Shown one piece after another: positions 46,769 to 61,162 of a stretch of 64,000 bases of DNA. The position numbers and the translations under genes were made by a program. The stretch comes from Eledone cirrhosa (Eukaryota), in assembly GCA_964016885.1 (NCBI GenBank), contig OZ024740.1:165726001-165790000 (forward strand), in the 5' to 3' direction. The notes under the pieces are model-generated. The model ran no database searches and had not been told where the DNA came from. It saw only the letters and a program-made list of their open reading frames with translations. Positions within the stretch are counted from its first letter, which is position 1; the number at the start of each line of letters is the position of its first letter.

Positions 46769-47192
46769 ATATACATATATATATATATATACATATATAT
46801 GTATGAGAGACAAATACAATTTTCTTTCGTATATCTTATTTCCTTTCCTATAGTATGGACTATTTCACTATGGGGGTAATCCTAGAAACATTATCAGTTT
46901 CGTTATTTCATTCATGGTTGTAAGAAGAGCTGTTAATCGGAGGCTATATTACTATTGTTCGTTTTCACCCATTTTATTTGCTTTTATTTGGTTTCATTTT
47001 GGATTTTTATCAATGAACTTGCTGTTGCCAGACGTTTGTTCTTGGGTAGCGCTGGCATGTTGACATGTTATCATTCAGTAAACATAAACTACAGGTATTG
47101 TTGCCAATAGCCTATCTAAACTGTCGTCTTAGATGAGAGGTCGATAACTAAAGAAAAATAACATATGGAAAGGAACAATACACTATTTAGTG

Positions 47193-47228
<36 letters not shown>

Positions 47229-47592
47229 GCATTTGGCTCAGAATTTATTTTGTGGCTATAAAAGCTTGTATGTTAGAATATAGGTGTAGTTTTTAGTGTA
47301 GTATATAGCATTTTGAATTTTACCGCTCTTTGTTGCTGCTACATAGACGTTGATGATGATGATGTTTAACCTCAAATCGGCACTAATTTGATTAAGTTTC
47401 GATCAAATATGTTCAGGCCATGGCTAACACAACCTTTCTATGTATCCTCTTTGTGTAAAATGATGGGGAACGATTAAGTGGAGCCTTGAATGATATTTAT
47501 AGGATTTACAATGACCACGTAGATGTTCTCTCGTCTCATCGCTTCGATTTCTCTGGAGTACATCAAATAAGGGTGTTATTCTTAAATATGAT

Positions 47593-47767
47593 TGTTTCTA
47601 CTTTTGGCACATGGCCAGCAAGTATACCAGTACATTACTGGTACTTTATTTTATCGACCCTGTAAGGATGAACGGAAAAGTGAACCTCGGCGGGATTTGA
47701 ATGTGTGTGACTATAAAGGGGCGTAACTCTATGCTGCAAAGCATAGTGTCCGACCTTCTACCGATAC
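47593..47767 (-). mobile_element. tRNA-derived SINE family A with ~19-bp TSD
   Basis: Flanks TGTTATTCTTAAATATGAT and TGTTGTTCTTAAATATAAT. Confidence 0.88.
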
Positions 47768-47887
47768 TGTTGTTCTTAAATATAATGCCATTTATCTATT
47801 TGTTTTATTTCCTGTAGCTGATACACTAAATGTTTTATCGAATATTTGAAAAATGCAACGAGCGGTTCAGATAGTTCAATAGAGTTA

Positions 47888-48877
47888 TCTACTTATATAT
47901 ATAACCAGCAATTTCTCTGTCTGTCTGTCCGACAGTGGAAACACGTGCGTAGAGAGAGAGTGAATGAAAGAGACAGACTACGAGAGGGGGATAGCGGGAG
48001 GGAGAGAGGGAGAGAGAGTGAATAGACGCTAAAACACGTGCTACAGAAATATTACCTTCCCCTTCCTTTCTCCACTTTGGTACTACCAAGAGAAACACTG
48101 TCGCTATAGAAACATTACCTTCTCCTCTCCACTGACTTTGGTTACTGAGGCCGAGGGAATCGCTGGTTGCTATAGCGACACCTTGCACAAGCCAGAAGTA
48201 ACCAGTTCAAGGCGGTTCTGACTTGACACCATGCGAAGAAGGTTTCCATTGAATTTGTGGTTTGAAGAAGGTTGCCATTGAATTTGTGGTTGTTGCTGCT
48301 GATAATAAGGACCATTTGAAGAAGGTTGCTGCTGATGAGGTAATTTATTAATCAGATTGCGCAGTTCCATAACCTACGTTTGACTTGTTCAATTTTTCTC
48401 TTCAATTTTTTTTGTTGTTTTTTTATTTCTTATTGAAAAAATATAAATAATAAAATAAGGTTAGAAATTTATATACAATTAAATACGATTTAATTTCCAT
48501 TTCCAGCAGCCAATGGCCAGTGTTCAATTTCATGAAAAAATTGGAAATAATTCAAAAAATTGAAGTTTAACTTTTGAACATTTGTTTTGACAATAAACAA
48601 ATATTTCCTTATTCACACCTAATGGTATGATTAAAATTTCATAGGAATATTTTTTTCTAACCGCCAGTTATTTATTTTCTCCTTTTTCGTTTTAACATAT
48701 ATTTATTTCAAAGATTTCACCGTATAGATAACATATATATTTATACATGCATAAAAGACACACCGAGAGACGGTGAACATGTGGTGCCGAAAACATTTCT
48801 CATCCAAATCTCAACAATATCAGTATATACACTAGATTTGCTAGCAGAAAACCGCCCACCGGGTGGTTTTCTGCTAG
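47888..48877 (+). mobile_element. non-autonomous Helitron, family H2 (990 bp)
   Basis: Begins A|TCTACTTATATATATAA followed by (CTGT)n; ends with a GC-rich hairpin and CTAG. Only one copy here, so boundaries are inferred from the termini. Confidence 0.65.
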
Positions 48878-49468
48878 TCTATATATATAAAACTGAGGAT
48901 GTCTGTCTGAGTTTGAATCCCTAAAACTCGAAATACCCAACCGTATTTTTTCAAACTTTACATGTGTATTACTTGTGTTTTAGAGACTCTTATGCACATA
49001 AAAAAATTCAACATTTTGATTAGGTGAAAAACTGCGTTTTTTCTTCCAGATTTTAGGTTTATTTTGAGGTGTTACGTCAGACCGATTTCCTTGAAATTGT
49101 AACTATGTATTAGTCAGTCTCTTCTTCATACCGTGAGCAAAGAAAATCCAACTTTTTTTATGGCCCGCATTAGGTGAAAAACTTTATTTTTTTCATCTTT
49201 TTAGGGCTTTTTTGAGGCGTTACGTCTAGCCGATTTGTTCGAAATTTCAAGGCATATTATGCAAAAAAAAATTGATTTTCTTGATACCCTAGGGCCTGCA
49301 TTAGGTGAAAACCTGCATTTTTCCGGCTTCATCGAGGAAAATCTTAAAGATTATCCAGCCATCAGAGTATTCGGTTTATTTTCTTTACATATTGTCCAGA
49401 CATTAGGTTTATTGGTGGCCCGCGTTCCAAAATACCTTATCCCGTGCAAATCCGGGAACCACTGCTAT
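48878..49468 (+). mobile_element. non-autonomous Helitron, family H1
   Basis: 5' TCTATATATATAAAACTGAGG; 3' CCCGTGCAAATCCGGG..CTAT; homologous to 11243 and 50302. Confidence 0.82.
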
Positions 49469-50301
49469 TATATATATAAATTCTAATATGGCATCAAAAT
49501 ATAATTAAATGATCATTTCTTTTTACATGCAGCCTTGTTTGAAGGTAAACATCATCATTTGTCTGTTTTCGCTGCCAGCAAGGGTTGGACAGGTCATCAC
49601 AGATCAAGTCTGTACTGAATTGGAGCCACTAATATACCACTCTAGAATGTATTATGCATTTTATCATGGCACCAGCATTAAGGAGGCCGTCATGTCTTTG
49701 GCACAATTGAAGAATCCTCTATACCCTTTGGCAAGTTTTCTATAGCTGGATGCTTTTTCTACCACCAGTTACTTTGTGCAGTTTTATCTGTGGGGTGCAG
49801 CCCAAACACTGCTCTCCCCCTAGGCCCAAAGCCCTCTCCCATTCCCTTCTGTGGCCAAAGAGTCCTTGTTTTTTCCCTCCTTTGCCTCTCATTTATGGCA
49901 TTTATAGTCCTTCACTCTAATTTCCCATACAACCAGATCTACTCTTCTTTACCCCTTCTTATTTATCTCATTACTTAATTTTGTTTTTATCTTTCTTTTT
50001 CATATTTATGTAATTATCAATGGTTTTTAAGTCAACTCTGTGAGTGAAACACGTGTATTAAGAATAAACATTTTTTACTCTTTACAGAGTATACCGGGAT
50101 CACATGTTCAACTTTTCCATTATATAAGAATGCATGTGACATAGTCATTAGGGTGCTGGGCTCAGCATGACACAATGTGACCCTCCAGCATAACACAATG
50201 GTTGACCCTTTGAACTATGAGTACAATTCATTTTTACCAACTGAGTAAACTGAAGCAATGTGAAATAGTGTCTTGTCCAAGGGCACAATGTGCTGAGCTA
50301 G

Positions 50302-50916
50302 TCTATATATATAAAACTGAGGATGTCTGTCTGTGTGTGTGTGAGTTTGAATCCCTAAAACTCGAGAAACACCCAATCGACAGTTTTCAAACTTTACATG
50401 TCCATTACTTATGCTTCAGGGAGTGTTATGCACATAAAAAATTCAACTTTTGATCCCCTAGGGCCTCCATTAGGTGAAAAACTGCATTTTTTCTGGTTTT
50501 TAGGGGTTTTTGAGCCGTTACGTCAGACCGATTTCCTTGAAATTGTAACTATGTATTAGTCAGTCTCTTCTTCATACCGTGAGCACGTTTTTATGGCCTA
50601 GGGCCGGCATTAGGTGAAAAAAACTTCATCTTTTCAGCTTTTTAGGGCTTTTTTGAGGCCGATTTTCTAGCCGATTTTCCCGAAATTTCAAGGCATATTA
50701 TGCAGATAAAAAAAAATGATTTTCTTGATCCCCTAGGTGAAAACCTGCATTTTTCCTGTTTCATCGAGGAAACTCTTAAAGATTATCCAGCCATCAAAGT
50801 ATTCGTTAAATTTTCTTTACATATTGTCCAGGCATGCAGTTTTTCCACGATTAGGTTTGTTGGCGGCCCGCGTTCCAAAATACATTATCCCGTGCAACGC
50901 CGGGTACGACTGCTAG
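50302..50916 (+). mobile_element. non-autonomous Helitron, family H1
   Basis: 5' TCTATATATATAAAACTGAGG; 3' hairpin CCCGTGCAACGCCGGG and CTAG|T; no TSD. Confidence 0.85.
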
Positions 50917-51851
50917 TAAGGTATAAATCAAACGTTTCATATTTTCCTATAAATGAGCTACAAAAATCATGGATATAACTTATGCTTCTCATTTAAAGCA
51001 ATGATAATTAAATTAGTGTTACATTGAGCCCTCCTGTTAGATAGTTAGAGATAGATGGAAAGGAACGTGCTAGACATAATTAAAATATTTATTTTATAAG
51101 TTAGTAAAGGGAAGTAAATACCTATAATAGTTTTCAAAATTTATGCAATTGATAGGGTGAGCCTTTCAAATAGTGCGATTGATAAAATGGATATTCAGCT
51201 TGAACTGAACTCGCATGTCAATATTTTCAGAAAACACATTAATGAGAGAAATTTCTAGAGTTTGACAAATTCTAGGAAGAAAGAACTCTCGTGAAAACTT
51301 GTTGTTGAGTATCAGTTACATTCTGACTGAGCAAAGCTACGATCAGAAGCTTTCCAGTTATGATCAACTAGTTTTATTTTAAGAGCTAGTGTATTTATGA
51401 CGGTTTTAAAGACAATTGGAGGTTGTAACTTGCGGGAAATTTGGCCGCGATGCGACACCGATAGTGGAGTCGACATTATACTGTATTAGTAAATAGAAAA
51501 CAATTTTAAACTTTAAAAGTGCTAGGAAGGCAAGTGACCATTGCAAGAGGACTTGTGTGGAATTAAATGCAGTTAGGTATCATCAAATAGTTTGATTACC
51601 TCATGCTTATTTCTCTTTTCATCAATTGCTTACTTTGTATATCAGCTTGCGTTATAAACTCATAATCAATTACTTTAACCGTAAGCACCAAAAGTAAAAT
51701 TTAAATATGATATATTGTCAATTAGGCTTACTACCTATCAGAATGTTTAAGCTAAATGTAAAGTTAAACTTGCGATTTTTAAAATAAATATATTTTATTT
51801 TATTTTCATCTGTCTGGTATATTTGATAGAAAAGAAAAAGTCATAAATAAT

Positions 51852-52037
51852 TGTTTCTACTATTGGCACAAGGCCAGAAATTACCCAGTACATTACTGGT
51901 ACTTTATTTTATCGACCCCGTAAGGATGAAAGGCAAAGTTAACCTCGGCGGGATTTGAACTCAGAATGGCAAGGGCCGTAACTCTATGCGTCAAAGCATG
52001 GCGTCCGACCCTCTACCGATACTGCCAATCCACCGCC
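51852..52037 (-). mobile_element. full-length tRNA-derived SINE family A with 13-bp TSD
   Basis: AGTCATAAATAAT at 51839-51851 and 52038-52050; A box TGGCAGTATCGG and B box GAGTTCAAATCCC on the minus strand. Confidence 0.93.
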
Positions 52038-52055
52038 AGTCATAAATAATGATAT

Positions 52056-52153
52056 GTGCCTCGTCTTGTCATATGAGTGTGGCTGCAGGCGCGCACGCTT
52101 TTACGTGCCTCGTCTTGTCATATGAGTGTGGCTGCAGGCGCGCGCGCTTTTAC
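52056..52153. repeat. 49-bp tandem duplication (2 copies, 1 mismatch)
   Basis: GTGCCTCGTCTTGTCATATGAGTGTGGCTGCAGGCGCGC(A/G)CGCTTTTAC x2. Confidence 0.95.
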
Positions 52154-52737
52154 GCATGTTTAGTTATAATGGAAATATTAAAGCTATCAGTCTATAAGAG
52201 AATAACAAACAGCTATTAGTTAAATACCAAATTCATACGCCCAAGGGATACTGGATAAGAGGTAAATAGCCTACAAAACAGAACGTAAACCTGAAGTCTT
52301 GGCGCATTTGCAATATCTTTTTATAAAAAAGGCTTCGGATCGAGTTTCTTTTTTTAAAGAGATTTAACCTCGAAAACCAGTTTAGCGGATGGCTAGGATT
52401 TAGTCCACAAGTCTGTTTAACATTTTATGTACGTATATGATCGGATCACGCCGTTTTCACTCTAACTCCTCCTCTCGACCCCCATAGCTGTCAATTACCT
52501 CCAGATGTGATGTTACTACATGGGAACTAAAATAAAAGGCAGTGATGATCAGGAGGAACGTATATATCATAACATCAGGAAAGCACTAACAAAGAAGAAA
52601 AAGAAAATTAATAACAGAAACGGCTACTATAACAAGCAATAACTATAATATTAGTAGAGACAGTAACAAACTTCAAACAATATTCATAACTAACAGCCAA
52701 AGAAAAAAAGGTGAAATTGGCATTAACATCACAACAA

Positions 52738-52738
<1 letters not shown>

Positions 52739-52816
<78 letters not shown>
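52739..52816. repeat. (TG)n microsatellite followed by (CG)n
   Basis: Direct reading. Confidence 0.98.
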
Positions 52817-52824
<8 letters not shown>

Positions 52825-53443
52825 CGCATGTGTGTGTGTGTGCGTGTGCGTGTATATGTGTGTGTGCGTGAGTGCATGCGTGTGTGTCTAGTTGATAGAA
52901 GAATAGTAATAACTGAAACGATAACAACAGTTAAAGTAATATTAAAGTTAGCAATAATAAAAGTAAAAGTAAACGCAACGTTTAAAACGAAACAGCAACA
53001 AAAATGCATTTGAGTCATTATCAGCAAGCAACAGCAGCAGTAGCAAAATCAGCAATTATAGTCACAGCCTTAAGAACAACAATATCAATATCAATAGCAA
53101 AAATAACAATTATCTCATCAACACAAAATAAAAATAAAATTGCCAAAACCAAAAGCAACAATAACAAATCTACTTTCCTTATGTTTCTGACTGATTATCC
53201 TGATACTTTTAGCAATCTCCTGTGACGATATATATAGCCTCCATATTGTAACTTTTATATTTATCCGCCACTACTACAGACTCCAGATTCCTTTAACTTT
53301 CTTTCTATTTCACTTTTGCGCACCCCCTCCCCTTTTTTTCTCCTCACCTTCTCTTCGTTTCGTATCTCATATTTTCTTTAACCGTAACATATTCTTCAGT
53401 GCTACACTTAATGTGCTAGAAAAGGTAAATAAATAAATGGATA

Positions 53444-53477
<34 letters not shown>

Positions 53478-53911
53478 GCAACAATAATAACAGTAATAAT
53501 AATATAATAAATATAAATAAAGAAAGCACAAGAAACATTAATATCTTACACCAACTATAAAAATCCAAACGAACCAGCAAAATAATTCCAACTTCCTCCG
53601 AAATATTTAAGTATGGAAACTGCTTAGATACCTACCCATTTGCTTTATCGCTGGAAAGTATTAAAAACTCGCTACCGCATTGTTCTCGGTTACAGATCTT
53701 GAAACTCAATCCAGTGAAAGTCTTGCTTTTAAAAATGCTGCAACATTTTAGGAGTTTTTCATTAATTTGATAACGTAACATTTAAGCGTCTAATGAGTTT
53801 TCTCTTACTTTCGTTCTCTTAATTGCAATCACATCAGGCAATGGCACAAAACAAGTGAGTGATGGTGGATTAGCTCGATAGTAGTGATGGCAATATATAT
53901 ATATATATATA

Positions 53912-53991
53912 CAGGGTGTGCTCCAAAAAATGTATACACAATTCAACAGCCTTCTAATAAATATGTGTATATATTTTGGGGGGACAGCCTG
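53912..53991. mobile_element. 80-bp mariner-type MITE
   Basis: Imperfect TIRs CAGGGTGTGCTCCAAAAAATGTATACACA and TGTGTATATATTTTGGGGGGACAGCCTG; TA on both flanks. Confidence 0.75.
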
Positions 53992-54577
53992 TATATATAT
54001 ATAGATAGATAGATAGATGCCTATACTCTACCATGTATTCAGTACCTTCTTTAACATAGTTACCCCGACATCACTCGGCAACCTACATATTGATATATAA
54101 TGTATGTATGTACGTATGCATATGTTTGTGTATGTATGTGTATATATGTGTACGTATGTATATATGTGTGTGTAGTAACTATTTCTTGTTTTTGTTTACT
54201 GTAGTAGGCAGCTGCTAGTTAAGTAGCTTTGATTAGGCTATAAGAGTACTGGGGGGTTCCCTGAGAAAACCAACGAGAAGAAACTAGGGCAAAGATTGAG
54301 CAGTTAAGGAAAAGGACGAACGAAGTTCAAATAAATTATTCGGGTTTTCTCCTCGGCAATTAACTTGATGAAAAATACACCATGTTTTTCAGGAGACAGG
54401 CAACAAGCACAAGCTCAATCACGCAGGCATGCAAATTATATTAATCTACCAGACATGCATGCAATGCATGTAAATGCGTTTGTGTGTGTAATTATGATGT
54501 GCATGGCAGCGATAACGAGGGACAGAGACCGCTGGTGAGAACTGGTCCATGGATCTCGGGAATTTTACCCGCCCTAG

Positions 54578-59715
<5,138 letters not shown>

Positions 59716-59915
59716 NNNNNNNNNNNNNNNNNNNNNNNNNNNNNNNNNNNNNNNNNNNNNNNNNNNNNNNNNNNNNNNNNNNNNNNNNNNNNNNNNNNNN
59801 NNNNNNNNNNNNNNNNNNNNNNNNNNNNNNNNNNNNNNNNNNNNNNNNNNNNNNNNNNNNNNNNNNNNNNNNNNNNNNNNNNNNNNNNNNNNNNNNNNNN
59901 NNNNNNNNNNNNNNN
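59716..59915. other. assembly gap (200 N)
   Basis: Run of exactly 200 N, so sequence on either side may not be truly adjacent. Confidence 1.
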
Positions 59916-60028
59916 ATCTGCCTTCAAGAAACCACTGGTAAATGAAATAATTATCTTATGTTGTTTATTACATAAATAATAAAGTTAGAACACTGTTTTT
60001 CCCTGTGCCTTTCCGACGGAAATACTTC

Positions 60029-60081
<53 letters not shown>

Positions 60082-60087
60082 TGTATA

Positions 60088-60364
60088 TATAGTGTATTTT
60101 CAAATACACTGAATGCTCAATTAAAAGCATTTTGAAGACCTTACGCTATTGTTACTTACAGTCTCACTTACTTTAAATTTTCAGCAAACAGGGGGAGATA
60201 AATCTGACAGAGCTCTGTTTCGTACTATTTGGTACTTATCAAAGCCAAGTACTCCACTTTGCTAAAAATTTAAAGTAACTGAGATTGTCACTACTCTAAA
60301 ACAATAGCGTAAGTTCTTCAAAATGCTTTTAATTAAGCATACAGTGTATTGCAAATTACACTAT
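60088..60364. mobile_element. fold-back element with ~105-bp inverted arms and a central hammerhead motif
   Basis: 60088-60189 is an imperfect inverted copy of 60258-60364; both ends run into (TA)n; a third arm copy lies at 46662-46768. Confidence 0.8.
60201..60246 (-). ncRNA. type-I hammerhead motif with U3-A8 core variant
   Basis: Minus strand GGCT-TTGATAA-GTAC-CAAATA-GTAC-GAA-ACAGAGCTCTGT-C-AGATT: palindromic stem III, GUC cleavage triplet, weak stem I. Confidence 0.62.
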
Positions 60365-60408
60365 ATATACATTCATATATCTATCGCTATTTCAGAGCTC
60401 CAATTCTA

Positions 60409-60446
<38 letters not shown>

Positions 60447-60447
<1 letters not shown>

Positions 60448-60540
60448 GTATGTATGCATGCATGCATGCATGTATGTATGTATGTATGTATGTATGTATG
60501 TATGTATGTATGTATGTATGTATGTATGTATGTATGTATG
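60447..60540. repeat. (TATG)n microsatellite
   Basis: Direct reading. Confidence 0.97.
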
Positions 60541-61144
60541 TCAGGTCACCAGTTGGTGCTACTGGTAACATGTATCCCAGTACAACCTGTCTCATGGTCG
60601 GGTCGTTGGCGACTAAACTGGCAACCCCACCAAGGTTTCTTGGTGAGGAGGGTGACTTTGGACATCTTGCAGGACTAAAAACAAAACCTGTCAAAGCGCA
60701 AAGGAGCTCTTAAAAATCAATGGCCATCCAAAATCACCGGGAGAGATGAACCCTTAACCTTTGTCAAGGCAGAATTCTAGAAGGAAAACACTGATATAAC
60801 ACCTGCAACCTTGATGGTATCCAATGATGTTGACTTGTTCTTCTTTTTGGTAAATATCATCTTGGTTAAGATAGTGGGACTGGCTTTGTGCAGTGCCTTT
60901 GCTCACTATAAAAGCTTCACGGCACAGGCATTGCTTTATATCTGGAGATCTCTCTGCACTTGTCGTCTCATGGTACCATGGCCCAGCACTATGTGTCAAT
61001 AATTGTCACAAGTGTAGTTTTTGTACTAGAGTTTTCAAGTCGCTGGCTGGACTAAAAAGTCACACTCGTTCAGCGCATCGGTAGGGTTTCTCCTACATGG
61101 ATATAAAGTAGTGGCCGTACTCGAAAACTAGTTGGCAGCCATCG
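60541..61144 (+). mobile_element. non-autonomous, internally deleted RTE-like retroelement
   Basis: The 3' part encodes CSFCTRVFKSLAGLKSHTRSAH*, a C2H2 finger like the C-terminus of RTE-clade ORFs, followed by a short UTR and a (TATG)n tail. The 5' part (GGCGACTAAACTGGCAACCCC) resembles RTE 5' UTRs from recollection. No RT domain. Confidence 0.55.
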
Positions 61145-61162
61145 TGTATGTATGTACGTATG

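Noticed and set aside
51950-52037. tRNA gene
   Set aside because: The A and B boxes belong to a multi-copy SINE head with a TSD, and no cloverleaf is evident.
60088-60364. CACTA-type transposon interpretation of the TAGTG..CACTA ends
   Set aside because: The motif faces the wrong way for CACTA termini, a solo arm exists at 46662-46768, and the centre holds a hammerhead motif.
60893-61084. Host C2H2 zinc-finger gene
   Set aside because: A single finger directly followed by a stop, a short UTR and a microsatellite tail is better explained as a retroelement C-terminus.
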